Positions 19,870 through 30,273 of a stretch of 64,000 bases of DNA are shown here, in pieces. The DNA comes from Promethearchaeota archaeon. Lineage in GTDB: Archaea; Asgardarchaeota; Lokiarchaeia; Sigyniarchaeales; SOKP01. Every line of letters begins with the position of its first letter. Position 1 is the first letter of the stretch. The notes under the pieces are model-generated. The model saw only the letters and a list, made by a program, of their open reading frames with translations, did not search any database and was not told where the DNA came from. Made by a program: the position numbers and the translations under genes. Location: the NCBI GenBank assembly GCA_019894975.1, contig JAGXNO010000001.1, positions 96,001 to 160,000 on the forward strand, read 5' to 3'.

Positions 19870-20340
19870 ATGTCAATCTCAAGAGATAATAATATTAAAT
19901 CTTTTATAGAGAAGGAAGTAAAGAATAGTACTAAAAAAGTCAAAGGAAAGAAAATAGCAATAGCTGAAATCATTGATAATGCTCTAATCTCTTTACCAGT
20001 AAAATCTATATATGATATGAACGAAAAAATTAAGGGATGTTACTTTTTTATAGTAAAAAATCATGCAAAGCAGCCAAAGCTTCGATATTTTCTGACTATC
20101 TCACTGGCAAATAATAGTTCTGATTTATTGGTTCAGCTTGCAAAAGAATTTGCTCGTAAAAATGAATTACAGTTGATTCAATACTCGATTTATCCAAAAA
20201 CAGTAAGAACTCAATTATTATCAATGAAAGAAATTAAAATTATCGAAGATTATAATGATTCTATTGAAGTTCTCAAAAGGTTCCGGAAGGAATTTCGAGA
20301 AAAACTAATGGTTTTAAAGAACCTAGTAGAAAATAAATAA
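19870..20340 (+). CDS. Hypothetical protein
   Basis: 156 aa ORF upstream of pyk. Confidence 0.65.
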   Translation: MSISRDNNIKSFIEKEVKNSTKKVKGKKIAIAEIIDNALISLPVKSIYDMNEKIKGCYFFIVKNHAKQPKLRYFLTISLANNSSDLLVQLAKEFARKNELQLIQYSIYPKTVRTQLLSMKEIKIIEDYNDSIEVLKRFRKEFREKLMVLKNLVENK

Positions 20341-20449
20341 TTTTAAGTAAAACCACAATAATAATTTTATAATCTAAAGTGTTTTAAATTAATTTTATAT
20401 CATAAAATAGTAATTGAACGATTTATTAAAATCAAGGAAATATACCAAT

Positions 20450-21904
20450 ATGACGCTTCGAGAAAATACAGTTAAAATTGTTAGTACAATTGGACCAGCT
20501 TCCAGCTCTAAACAAGTGCTTAAAAATTTAATTGATGCGGGAGTAGATATCTTCCGATTAAATTTCTCACATGGAAAACATGAGGAAAAGAGAGAATTAG
20601 TTAAAAAAATTAGAGGGATAAGCAAATATACTGGAATTTTAGCGGATATTCAGGGCCCAAAAATAAGAGTTGGGGAGTTTAAAGATGATAATACCTATAA
20701 TTTAAACATTGGACAAGAAGTAAAAGTCTTTGAGAAGGAGATTAAAGGAGACCAAGAGCAATTTTCAGTTCCACTAGAAGGTTTTCTGAAATCTATGAGA
20801 GTAGGAGATGTCTTTTTTGTTAATGATGGAATTATCAAAATTGAAGTAAAAAATAAAGCAGTAGATCACATTATTGGCGAAGTGTTAGCAGGGGGGATGA
20901 TAAGCAACCGAAAAGGAGTAAATATACCTAGAGGTGAATTACAGCAAAGAGTTCCTACAGAAAAAGATGTGAAAGATTTAGAACTTATTGCTGAATTAGA
21001 TCCTGAGTATGTGGCAATATCCTTTGTATCAGATGGTAGTGATGTTCTCCATGTGAAAAAAATTCTTGAAAATTATGGTAATAACAACATAAAACTTATT
21101 TCAAAAATTGAAAGGCCTATAGCCCTAGATAATTTCGATGCGATATTGGAAGTAAGTGATGGAATAATGGTAGCTCGAGGGGATTTAGGAGTAGAAATAG
21201 CCCCTGATAGGGTTCCCTTAGTACAAAAAGATATGATTTACAAATGTAATAAGGAAGGAAAACCAGTTATCGTAGCAACTCAAATGCTCGAATCTATGAT
21301 TAATGCACCTATCCCCACTCGTGCAGAAGCAAATGATGTATTCAATGCAGTTTTTGATGGGAGTGATGCAGTGATGCTCTCTGGAGAAACTGCTGTAGGT
21401 AAATACCCCATTAATGCTGTACAATACATGAACCAAATCGCTAAAACAGCCACAGAGAATATGCCACTAAGAGTTCCAGATGAGTTTGACTCTGATAGAT
21501 TGACACATACACAAACATTGGGACATGCAATTTATGCTTTAGCCGCAGAAATGCAGGAATTAAACTTTAGAGGAAAAATCTTGGTAATCACTCGAAAAGG
21601 GTATGGAGCAAGGATGATCGCAAAATATCGCCCTCCATTACCAATTGTAGCCATTACACCGTTAGCTAGAACCGCGCGTGAGTTAAGTCTTGTATGGGGA
21701 GTGCAACCGGTGCATATCGAAAACATCGGTTTTTTTGATATGGATGCCGAAGAAATTATTGAGCAATCCGTGAAACATGTTGTCGAAATTAAATTACTGG
21801 ATGAGAATGAACATGTAATTATTCTACTAGTATCGAGAAAATTTGAAAGAAGAGGTAATTTAGTTGGCCTGTACTATGTAGGCGAAATTTTAGAACAGGC
21901 GTAG
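20450..21904 (+). CDS. pyk: Pyruvate kinase
   Basis: KIVSTIGPAS, RLNFSHG, DIQGPKIR, SKIE, IMVARGDLG, ATQMLESM and VMLSGETA motifs. Confidence 0.97.
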   Translation: MTLRENTVKIVSTIGPASSSKQVLKNLIDAGVDIFRLNFSHGKHEEKRELVKKIRGISKYTGILADIQGPKIRVGEFKDDNTYNLNIGQEVKVFEKEIKGDQEQFSVPLEGFLKSMRVGDVFFVNDGIIKIEVKNKAVDHIIGEVLAGGMISNRKGVNIPRGELQQRVPTEKDVKDLELIAELDPEYVAISFVSDGSDVLHVKKILENYGNNNIKLISKIERPIALDNFDAILEVSDGIMVARGDLGVEIAPDRVPLVQKDMIYKCNKEGKPVIVATQMLESMINAPIPTRAEANDVFNAVFDGSDAVMLSGETAVGKYPINAVQYMNQIAKTATENMPLRVPDEFDSDRLTHTQTLGHAIYALAAEMQELNFRGKILVITRKGYGARMIAKYRPPLPIVAITPLARTARELSLVWGVQPVHIENIGFFDMDAEEIIEQSVKHVVEIKLLDENEHVIILLVSRKFERRGNLVGLYYVGEILEQA

Positions 21905-22576
21905 AGCATTTACGATTTTTTGAATGTCGAGTTTGCGTGGATCGCCATAAAGCTCCATATAAAAAGGTTTTTTGAGACTCACACCCATAAGAGTGTTTCC
22001 AGTATCATGCTTAAAAACGCCATAATAATCCGATAAAGGAACCTTTCTTAGGGAGTTCTCAAGCGCTTGAACTAAAATTCCTAATTCTTTCTTAGTAAAC
22101 TGAAAAGGGTTAAAATTTATAAGTGCTTCAAACTCTTTGGGAAAAATATCCTTTCCAGAATCGTCTTTATAACTCTGCCAACCCCCAAGGGCAGCTCCCG
22201 ATTGTCCGTAGTAGAAAGTTGCTGGAAACTGCCTTCCGTCAGGCGTTCTCACAAACATCCATACATCAAATAGGCTTTCAATTCCCCCATATTGAATGGT
22301 AGGAATAAGCTTTTTGAGTGTACTTCCTAATAGAATCTCATACTTCTGCTCGTCAAAGTCAAAGTAGGGGTATACCTCCTTTATCTTCTCAAGATCACGA
22401 TTGAAACTTAGCGTGCAAAACCTACTACTGTCAATACTCTTCACGTAGGAAAGATTTGAGTCCAGACCTTTAAAAATAAACCCGAATCCGTTATACCCAA
22501 CTGCTCCTTTAGCAAGGTTATCGACACCTTTGGTAGCTTTTGACACTAGTTCTAAGAGCATATTACATTTAATCAT
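21890..22576 (-). CDS. Hypothetical protein
   Basis: 228 aa ORF with a short convergent overlap with pyk. Confidence 0.65.
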   Translation of the reverse strand: MIKCNMLLELVSKATKGVDNLAKGAVGYNGFGFIFKGLDSNLSYVKSIDSSRFCTLSFNRDLEKIKEVYPYFDFDEQKYEILLGSTLKKLIPTIQYGGIESLFDVWMFVRTPDGRQFPATFYYGQSGAALGGWQSYKDDSGKDIFPKEFEALINFNPFQFTKKELGILVQALENSLRKVPLSDYYGVFKHDTGNTLMGVSLKKPFYMELYGDPRKLDIQKIVNALRLF

Positions 22577-22765
22577 TATTAAAATTAATAGTACTTACAT
22601 TTTTAAAACCCAGTGAAAAATAAAAGGAAGTGATAATATAACCAATTATTATCCAACTAATAAGATTTTTGCCTAAAATATTTTATAGACAATTCTATGT
22701 AAAATAAATATAAAATAAATTTATTTATAATATTTAAATCCAAATTAATGGAATGTTGAAAAAAA

Positions 22766-23170
22766 ATGAGTGAAGAATGGAAACATGCATCATGGGTATC
22801 ATTTCTAGGGATGATAGCTTGGATGGTAGGAATTTTAAGTGGTGTTATCTCTATAATAGTGGGAATTGTAAGAGCAGCTTTATTTTTCTTTACGTGGGGA
22901 AGTCCTATCTGGTTAATTATAAGCGGAGTTATGGCAATTGTGATATCTTTCTTTGTTATCCTACCCATGTTCTCGATTAAATGTCAAAAAAAAGATTGGG
23001 ATTCTCTACTTGATTGGGTATTACCTATTGGAAATATACGATTCCCATGGATGCTTTTATGGGGAATAATCCTTGAAATTTTCACGTGGTGGGGAGGAAT
23101 ATGTGTAATAATTCCTGCACTAGTTTTACTCTTTGCCGGTCCGAAAGAGTATGAGTGGAAAATAGAATAG
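22766..23170 (+). CDS. Hypothetical membrane protein
   Basis: Hydrophobic 134 aa protein followed by a T-rich terminator. Confidence 0.7.
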   Translation: MSEEWKHASWVSFLGMIAWMVGILSGVISIIVGIVRAALFFFTWGSPIWLIISGVMAIVISFFVILPMFSIKCQKKDWDSLLDWVLPIGNIRFPWMLLWGIILEIFTWWGGICVIIPALVLLFAGPKEYEWKIE

Positions 23171-23334
23171 GTTTAAATTTAAAATTCATTTTTTTATTTT
23201 TTATTTCGGTTTTAGTTCAGTTATACATCATTTTATATGTAAATAAAAAACCTTGAGTCTTTAGGTGTATTTAAACAATGCTATTTTTTTGTTCTAGGAT
23301 ATTTTACTAAAAGCAATTTATATTAGACATAAAA

Positions 23335-23739
23335 ATGTATGATACTCTTAAGATTCACAATAAGGAAATTTACACAGGAATGAAAGTTGGTGGCTCTCAT
23401 TCTTGGAATTATAATAATGGAAAATGGTTTGAAACCAAAATAACTCCTGATAAATGGACCCTTTCATTTGATAGCTTAAAAACAAGAACTACACCTGCAC
23501 CTAGAAAAACAGGAGCTACAAGAAAGACAAAATTTCATTGGTATATCATTGCTGATCAAATAGCTACAAAAATTAATGAAAACTCTTATATGACCTCAAT
23601 GAAAGGAATTAAGTATAAAATTGGGCATAAGCGTCCAGATTGGCGTACCTTTAGTTATAACTACCCAAATCAAATTACATATAGAGAGCATATAATTCAA
23701 ATTTTGGAGGATACACTGAAAGAACTCAAGAAAGATTAG
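23335..23739 (+). CDS. Uncharacterised basic beta-rich protein
   Basis: YTGMKVGGSHSWNY..W.E.K..PD.W...HWYIIADQ...KYKIGHKR looks like a conserved domain, but I cannot name the family. Confidence 0.7.
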   Translation: MYDTLKIHNKEIYTGMKVGGSHSWNYNNGKWFETKITPDKWTLSFDSLKTRTTPAPRKTGATRKTKFHWYIIADQIATKINENSYMTSMKGIKYKIGHKRPDWRTFSYNYPNQITYREHIIQILEDTLKELKKD

Positions 23740-23757
23740 GTTTCACAGATAAATAAT

Positions 23758-23955
23758 CTAATAATAAGAAAAATCCTCTATCTCATCATATGGTTGGTAT
23801 TTTATTTTGAAGATGTAGCATTTACAACAATAGAATTCGATATAATCACTTTCCCAAATACTTGTTAAATCTTCCTTTTCATTTGGGTTAATATTTTTAA
23901 TGAAACTTTCAAAATCCAATATTTTACCGCACTTAAAACACTCTCTTTCTCTCAA
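23758..23955 (-). CDS. Small zinc-finger protein
   Basis: CFKCG...IW....IEFYCCKCY; same pattern as 39144-39368. Confidence 0.65.
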   Translation of the reverse strand: MRERECFKCGKILDFESFIKNINPNEKEDLTSIWESDYIEFYCCKCYIFKIKYQPYDEIEDFSYY

Positions 23956-23994
23956 ATTAATCAGCCTTTACCATTAAAAAAAAAAAGATTAATT

Positions 23995-24510
23995 TTAAAA
24001 TTTTTCATAATGAACTATTTTTTCTAGGGGTTTCCGTTCCGTTACTTCGTCTTTAGATTTTACAGGATAGCCCAATGGCGTTATTCCCATAACCTTATAC
24101 TCATCTGGGATATTTAATACTTCCTTTACTTTTGGTTCATTAAACCATCCAATCCAACAAGTTGCTAAACCTTCAGCTGTAGCGGCTAGTATCAAATGTT
24201 CAAAGCATATTCCAAAATCTACACCATAATATTTTTCACCATTTGAGTTCATTCCAGATCCTTTTTCAAGGATAATCCCAATGATAAACATCGGTGCTTC
24301 AGCAAACTTTTGTTGCTGTCCTACTGCTTTCCAAACTGCTTTAACATTTTCTGGTTCTTGAACTACAACATAGTGTACACCCTGCATATTAGCCCAAGTT
24401 GGTGCTAAACGTGCTGCATTTAAAATCCTGTCAATATTTTCTTTCTCGGGCATATCTGACTTATAAACCCGAAAACTTCTTCTCGTTTTTACTACTTCAT
24501 AAAAATCCAT
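23995..24510 (-). CDS. Nitroreductase family protein
   Basis: RRSFRVY, ARLAPTWANMQ, GLATCWIG and PLGYP motifs. Confidence 0.9.
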   Translation of the reverse strand: MDFYEVVKTRRSFRVYKSDMPEKENIDRILNAARLAPTWANMQGVHYVVVQEPENVKAVWKAVGQQQKFAEAPMFIIGIILEKGSGMNSNGEKYYGVDFGICFEHLILAATAEGLATCWIGWFNEPKVKEVLNIPDEYKVMGITPLGYPVKSKDEVTERKPLEKIVHYEKF

Positions 24511-24593
24511 GATAAAACCACTAAATATTGTTTAAAATACTTGGTAAATGTAATTGATTAAAAAATTTTAACTTTATTATTCTATTCCATTAA

Positions 24594-25379
24594 TTAATCG
24601 TCAATCATCCTTTTATGGCCTTTTGGGCATTCACCATAAGTACAATCATAAAAACCGTCATCATACTCCTCCTTTGCATTATAATGCTCCCAACAATAGA
24701 GTTTATCACATTCAGGACAGTATGCATCCACCCCTTCAGGTGAATGGTATTTTTTCATAAAATTATGAACACCTATAAGGTCATCATCCTCTAAAATCTT
24801 GTACAACACATTTGACAGTTCAACTCTTAAGGAAGTTTCAAGGGTAATACCTCTGAACACTAATGATTCTTTTTCATCTAATCTTCCAAATCCAATTTTA
24901 AATTTAACAGCGATTTTGCTACACACAGAACAAGGAAGATGATATTCTAAATCAGAGACTTTAAGGATTATTTCAGTAGGTTTTACAAAATCTTCTTTTG
25001 GTAATAACTCATTTAAATTAATCCAAAAGGCATCCCAACATTCTTTGAAAGCTATCTCAATTTTTTCAATAAGCATTGATGATTTTCGACTCTGAAAAAT
25101 GTTAAGTTGACTTATTATTAGAGATAAACGATTCCTAGCCGCATATAAGAAGCTTTTGGAATCATCAATATTTTTCAAATTAGATTCTTCTTCTGTGATT
25201 GTTGTTAGCACTTCCCAAGCAGAAACAGTATTAGAGAAAAATTCTTTGACATCTGAGGTCCAAATGTTTCTGGTTGATTCATCCAAATCTTTGAGGAATT
25301 TTAAGTAATTTACTATATCCTCTGTAATATCTTCGAGTTCTTGGACATAATCACGAAGATCCCATATTTTTTCTAACAT
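24594..25379 (-). CDS. Hypothetical protein: helical N-domain plus Cys/His metal-binding C-domain
   Basis: CSVC...YCPECDKLYCWEH...DDGFYDCTYGECPKGHKRMIDD. Confidence 0.7.
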   Translation of the reverse strand: MLEKIWDLRDYVQELEDITEDIVNYLKFLKDLDESTRNIWTSDVKEFFSNTVSAWEVLTTITEEESNLKNIDDSKSFLYAARNRLSLIISQLNIFQSRKSSMLIEKIEIAFKECWDAFWINLNELLPKEDFVKPTEIILKVSDLEYHLPCSVCSKIAVKFKIGFGRLDEKESLVFRGITLETSLRVELSNVLYKILEDDDLIGVHNFMKKYHSPEGVDAYCPECDKLYCWEHYNAKEEYDDGFYDCTYGECPKGHKRMIDD

Positions 25380-25512
25380 ATTGTTATTTTCACTCCTCAG
25401 TTCGCAAATTTTTTTAACCCAACTTATAAATTTCGTTAGGATCTAATAAATTTGATTCTTTTTTCAGGGTGGAATCATTATTATTAAATCCAATCTTAAA
25501 TATTATGATTTT

Positions 25513-26505
25513 ATGTCTGAAGTAATAATTCTGTCTCAAGATGATGTTAAATTATGTTTGCCTATGAATAAGGCAATTCAGGCAGTTCAAGAGGCATACA
25601 TCGCTTTTGCTAAAGGACGGGTTAAAATGCCTCCTGTAATGCACTTAGATGTATCTCAATATAATGGGGAAATAGATATTAAATCTGGATATATTGAAGA
25701 TTTCGGACTCATTGGTACCAAAATCGCAAGCGGTTTCTACGATAACCACAAACTTGGGCTACCCCCAGGAATTGCCATTATCATCCTAATGGATCTCAAG
25801 ACAAGTATGCCTCTTGCCATTATGGATGGAACTTATGTTACAGCATACAGAACAGGAGCTGCTGGAGCTGTTGCTGCGAATGTACTAGCTAAAAAAGATT
25901 CTGAAATAATTGGAGTTATTGGCGCTGGGACACAAGCAAGAATGCAAATAATAGCGTTAAATGAGATTTTTACATTAAAAGAAGTTAAAGTATGGGACAT
26001 TAATGACACAGCAAAAAGGTTATACTCAAAAGAAATGTCAGAACAATTGAATATTACAGTTGAATCTGTAGATAGTGTAAAAGATGCTGTTGTTGAATCA
26101 GATATAGTTGTAACGGTTACTCCCTCTAAAAAAGCACTGGTTATGAAAGATTGGATTAAAAATGGAACACACATAAATGCAATAGGTGCTGATGGTCCAG
26201 GTAAACAAGAGTTAGATCCAATGATAATCAAAGTGGCAGACAAAGTCGTTGTTGATAGCCTTGAACAATGTAAGATAATTGGGGAAATTCAACATGCCCT
26301 TAAAAATGGTTTAATAAAAGAAAAAGATATCCATGCGGAAATTGGGCAAATTCTGATTGGGGATAAGAAGGGAAGGGAATCTGACCATGAAATAACACTT
26401 TTTGATTCTACAGGTCTAGCAGCTCAAGATATTGCTGCTGCTAATATAGTGTACAAACAAGCAAAAGAAAAGGGAATGGGAAAACTTATTTCCCTATTAG
26501 ATTAA
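25513..26505 (+). CDS. Ornithine cyclodeaminase / mu-crystallin family (archaeal alanine dehydrogenase-like)
   Basis: TAYRTGAAGA, IGAGTQA, HINAIGAD.PGKQELD and FDSTGLAAQD motifs. Confidence 0.9.
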   Translation: MSEVIILSQDDVKLCLPMNKAIQAVQEAYIAFAKGRVKMPPVMHLDVSQYNGEIDIKSGYIEDFGLIGTKIASGFYDNHKLGLPPGIAIIILMDLKTSMPLAIMDGTYVTAYRTGAAGAVAANVLAKKDSEIIGVIGAGTQARMQIIALNEIFTLKEVKVWDINDTAKRLYSKEMSEQLNITVESVDSVKDAVVESDIVVTVTPSKKALVMKDWIKNGTHINAIGADGPGKQELDPMIIKVADKVVVDSLEQCKIIGEIQHALKNGLIKEKDIHAEIGQILIGDKKGRESDHEITLFDSTGLAAQDIAAANIVYKQAKEKGMGKLISLLD

Positions 26506-26512
26506 AATTTAA

Positions 26513-27496
26513 ATGAGTTTCACAAGAATAAAAATGAGTGACTTACATTTAGATGCAATAAGAGAAGCATATCAAAAGATTAAGGAATTTGTGAGAAAGA
26601 CCCCTCTCATTCATTCAGCTTATCTTAGTGAATTATGTGGAAATAATGTTTATTTGAAATTGGAAAATTTACAACTCACTAATGCGTTTAAAATCCGTGG
26701 AGCTTTAAACCGAATGCTAAAACTAAGTACAGAAGAAAAAACTTACGGAATTATTACAGCTTCCTCGGGTAATCATGCACAAGGAATTGCGTTAGCAGCA
26801 AAACATTTGAAGATACCTGCTAAAATTGTAATCCCTAAGAATATTTCAGAAGCCAAATTAAATAAAATTAAACAATACAATGTTGAAATTATTCAAGAGG
26901 GAGATTTTGATGAAATAGAGTCAAAAGCTAGAGCATTATCTACACAAGAGGGATTAACATATATCAGCCCTTATAATGACCTTAACATTATTGAAGGACA
27001 AGGAACAATTGCCCTTGAAATCTATGAGGAACTTGAAAATGTAGATGTAATTATTGTTCCTATTGGGGGTGGTGGTTTAATCTCGGGGATCGCATTTACT
27101 GCCAAAGCATTAAATCCGGATATTAAAATTATTGGAGTTCAAACTAAAGGAGCTTCTACAATGTATAATTCTTGGAAAGCTGGTAAAATCATAGAAGTCG
27201 AAGAATTTAATACTATCGCAGAAGGATTATTAGGGGGACTTGAAGCTGGTGCTATCACTTTTGAAATAATTCAAACCAACGTGGATGAAATTGTATTGAT
27301 TGATGAGGAAAGTGTTGAAAAAGCTATTCGACTCTTGTGGGAACTAGAAGGTCAAATCGTTGAAGGCGCAGGAGCTACAGTTGTCGCCTTTCTGCTTGAG
27401 AACACACAAGAATTTAAGAATAAAAATGTAGTAGCTGTGATTAGTGGTGGAAATATCAAAGAATCGTTATTTAAAGAAATTTTAGCTAAAGGCTGA
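26513..27496 (+). CDS. PLP-dependent threonine/serine dehydratase (catalytic domain only)
   Basis: KLENLQ..AFKIRG, ASSGNHAQG, PIGGGGLISG and ISGGN motifs; no ACT domain. Confidence 0.9.
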   Translation: MSFTRIKMSDLHLDAIREAYQKIKEFVRKTPLIHSAYLSELCGNNVYLKLENLQLTNAFKIRGALNRMLKLSTEEKTYGIITASSGNHAQGIALAAKHLKIPAKIVIPKNISEAKLNKIKQYNVEIIQEGDFDEIESKARALSTQEGLTYISPYNDLNIIEGQGTIALEIYEELENVDVIIVPIGGGGLISGIAFTAKALNPDIKIIGVQTKGASTMYNSWKAGKIIEVEEFNTIAEGLLGGLEAGAITFEIIQTNVDEIVLIDEESVEKAIRLLWELEGQIVEGAGATVVAFLLENTQEFKNKNVVAVISGGNIKESLFKEILAKG

Positions 27497-27534
27497 CTTT
27501 TAGAAGAATTAAAAAAAAAGTGGAGAGTTTAATC

Positions 27535-28038
27535 CTATTCAATATATTTTACTATTTCCTCTAAGGATTTTCGAGGTCTTGGCTCAGGTATCTCTCCCTT
27601 AGGGTATCCTAATGGAAGAACGGTTAACAAATCATCACTTTCCTTAAGATTTAATAATTTTTTTACATTTTCTCTATTTATTCTCCCAATCCAACATGTT
27701 CCAATACCATATGACCACGCAGCTAAAGCTAATTGTAAGGATACAAAACAAGTATCATGAAGATACCAGTTTGGTGATAGGTCCTTATCCCCAACAATTG
27801 CTATTAATAGAGGTGCTCCCGAAGCAAAGGGACCAGTAGTGCATTCTTTTGCTATCTTTTTAATTAGCTCCTTATTTTTAATTACATAAAAGGTCCAAGG
27901 TTGTCTATTTCTAGCACTCATACACATCCTTGTTGTTTCAAGAATTTTAGTTAATATTTCATCCTCAATTGGTTTGGATTCATAACTTCTTATGCTTCTT
28001 CTTTCTTTTAATAATTTAGTTTGGTCACTTTCAGCCAT
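27535..28038 (-). CDS. Nitroreductase family protein
   Basis: RRSIRSY, SARNRQPW, GIGTCWIG and PLGYP motifs. Confidence 0.9.
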   Translation of the reverse strand: MAESDQTKLLKERRSIRSYESKPIEDEILTKILETTRMCMSARNRQPWTFYVIKNKELIKKIAKECTTGPFASGAPLLIAIVGDKDLSPNWYLHDTCFVSLQLALAAWSYGIGTCWIGRINRENVKKLLNLKESDDLLTVLPLGYPKGEIPEPRPRKSLEEIVKYIE

Positions 28039-28098
28039 ATTAAAAAATTCCGTTGATTTTAATTGAAATTAATTATCTTAAATAATATAAGATTTATT

Positions 28099-28671
28099 TT
28101 AATCATTATCAACTTCTTTCGATATAATTCTCTCTCCCAATTGGTAATAATTGAAATCTCCCCCTGTCACCCAGATGAGGGGATGAATCCTTCTCCAATC
28201 GAGTTTATCATTTGCTAAGTATTGAGGATCTACATATGACTTTATAACCTTACCAATGATCCCTTCATTGGGATCATAATCAAGAATTTCAGTTACTTTA
28301 CATTCTATATTTACAGGACATTCACTAATCATAGGTGCTGTTTGCAATTCACCATAAAAAGTGTTAAAAAGTGATGATTTATCAAAATCTCGACCAGATT
28401 TACTTCCACAAATATCGGTTTTGGACAGGAGGTCTTCAGTTGGTATGTTAACACTAAATGTCATATTTTCATGAATTCCAAGATTCGAATAACGCTTTTT
28501 ATACATGCTCAAGAAAATATATTTTCCGAAATCAAAAGGACATATATAACCAATCACAAGAAAATTTGGTTTATTCTTTACTTGCACACCTACTAAAACT
28601 ACGGGTAAAGGACTCAGTAGATTTCCTTCAACCTTTGTTTTTTTTAAACTATTATCATTCATCCCTATCAA
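28099..28671 (-). CDS. Flavin reductase / flavoredoxin family
   Basis: PLPVVLVG, FSVNIP, CGSKSGR..DK and APMISECPVNIEC motifs. Confidence 0.88.
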   Translation of the reverse strand: MIGMNDNSLKKTKVEGNLLSPLPVVLVGVQVKNKPNFLVIGYICPFDFGKYIFLSMYKKRYSNLGIHENMTFSVNIPTEDLLSKTDICGSKSGRDFDKSSLFNTFYGELQTAPMISECPVNIECKVTEILDYDPNEGIIGKVIKSYVDPQYLANDKLDWRRIHPLIWVTGGDFNYYQLGERIISKEVDND

Positions 28672-28734
28672 TTTAAACTGAGAAGTAATTAATAAATAAC
28701 GAAGTAAGTAAAAATAAAAAGGTAATGGAAAGTT

Positions 28735-28887
28735 TTAGGATGTGTTTTGCTTAATTGATTCCTCAGATAAAATCTTTACCTGATCTGAATATTCTTCTTC
28801 AGTTTCATCTAGAGGGATTTTATGAAGATGGCCATGATAGATTATGATCCTAAACTTTTTTTCTTTGATGAGCGCCTTTTTTGGCAT
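28735..28887 (-). CDS. Small hypothetical protein (50 aa)
   Basis: Manual translation MPKKALIKEKKFRIIIYHGHLHKIPLDETEEEYSDQVKILSEESIKQNTS*, co-oriented with its neighbours. Confidence 0.45.
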   Translation of the reverse strand: MPKKALIKEKKFRIIIYHGHLHKIPLDETEEEYSDQVKILSEESIKQNTS

Positions 28888-28937
28888 ATGACATTAAATT
28901 ATTCGGAATTTTAAAAATAGGAATAGTCACGCAATTT

Positions 28938-30101
28938 TCAAATTAGTTTTGTTTTTATTCGTTTTATTGCTTCCTTTAATGTTTCTAATTTCTGCGAAAT
29001 TGAGAATCTTACATAGTTAGATCCTGGATTTTTGTCATTATTTTCACTATAAAAACTAGATCCCGGAACAACAGCAACACCCTCATCCTTCACTAGGAAT
29101 TCAGAAAATTTTAAATCATCCATGCCAAATTGAGAAATATTGGCAAACATATAATATGCCCCCTCTGGTTTAAAAACCTTCATCCCTAAATCAGAAAGTT
29201 CTTTGTGAAAATAATCTCTATTTATTTGGTATCTATTCTTGAGATCATCAAAATATGAAGTATCTAACTTAAACGCATTTAAAGCTGCTAGCTGTAATAA
29301 AGAAGGGGCACAAACGGTAAGATAATCATGTACTTTTCTGACTCCATCCATTAACTTTTTACATGCTGCTACATAACCAATTCTCCATCCTGTAACAGAA
29401 AAAGTTTTACTAAAACCGCTTATAGTAATGGTTAAATCCTGCATCGAATCAAAACTACCAATGCTCTGATGGTTAAGACCATTAAAAATGATATATTCAT
29501 AGATTTCATCAGTTATAGCAATAATCCTATGATCGACACATAAATCAGAGATAAGATTTAAATCGTCTTTTGTGAAAACTTTACCTGTAGGATTATGAGG
29601 TGTATTTATTAGAATCGCCTTAGTCTTCTCATTTATACTATCTTTTAATTGTTCCTCATCAATGTCATATGTATTTTCGGTTAAAGATACAAACTTAGGT
29701 TTACCTTGAGCTAGATATGTTATGGGTACATAATTTTCATACCAAGGTTCGAAAATTAAGATTTCATCTCCAGGATTCGTTAATGCAAGAATCGTTGAGG
29801 CGATTGCTTCACTTGCACCACAAGTAATTGTTATTTCGTCATAAGGATTAACTCTTATCTTGTTATATTGCTCTAATTTTAGTGCGATTTGTTTCCTTAA
29901 ATCTACTCGACCATGCGTTACTGAATATTGATGTTCTTCTTCCTCTATTCCTTTTTTTATCCCCTCTATCAGCTTCAAGGGGGGAGAAAAATCGGGCATT
30001 CCCTGAGATAGATTAATCGCATTATTTTCAATGGCTTTTCTTGTCATTTCTCTTATTACAGATTCTTGAAAAAACTCTAATCTATTTGATAAAAAATTCA
30101 T
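28938..30101 (-). CDS. PLP-dependent aminotransferase class I/II
   Basis: INLSQGMPDF, NTPHNPTGK, DEIYE and SGFSKTFSVTGWRIG motifs. Confidence 0.93.
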   Translation of the reverse strand: MNFLSNRLEFFQESVIREMTRKAIENNAINLSQGMPDFSPPLKLIEGIKKGIEEEEHQYSVTHGRVDLRKQIALKLEQYNKIRVNPYDEITITCGASEAIASTILALTNPGDEILIFEPWYENYVPITYLAQGKPKFVSLTENTYDIDEEQLKDSINEKTKAILINTPHNPTGKVFTKDDLNLISDLCVDHRIIAITDEIYEYIIFNGLNHQSIGSFDSMQDLTITISGFSKTFSVTGWRIGYVAACKKLMDGVRKVHDYLTVCAPSLLQLAALNAFKLDTSYFDDLKNRYQINRDYFHKELSDLGMKVFKPEGAYYMFANISQFGMDDLKFSEFLVKDEGVAVVPGSSFYSENNDKNPGSNYVRFSISQKLETLKEAIKRIKTKLI

Positions 30102-30273
30102 TAGTATTAGTTCACCTAATTATGAAAATTGAAATTCAAACTATTAACTCATATCAATTTATAAGTTAAGAATTATGAGATACTTAATATATATTATAAC
30201 TTGTAGATAATTTTTCCTTCATACTTCTCATCTTTAAAATTAAGAAAGAAAAAAAATGATTACTATATTTTCA

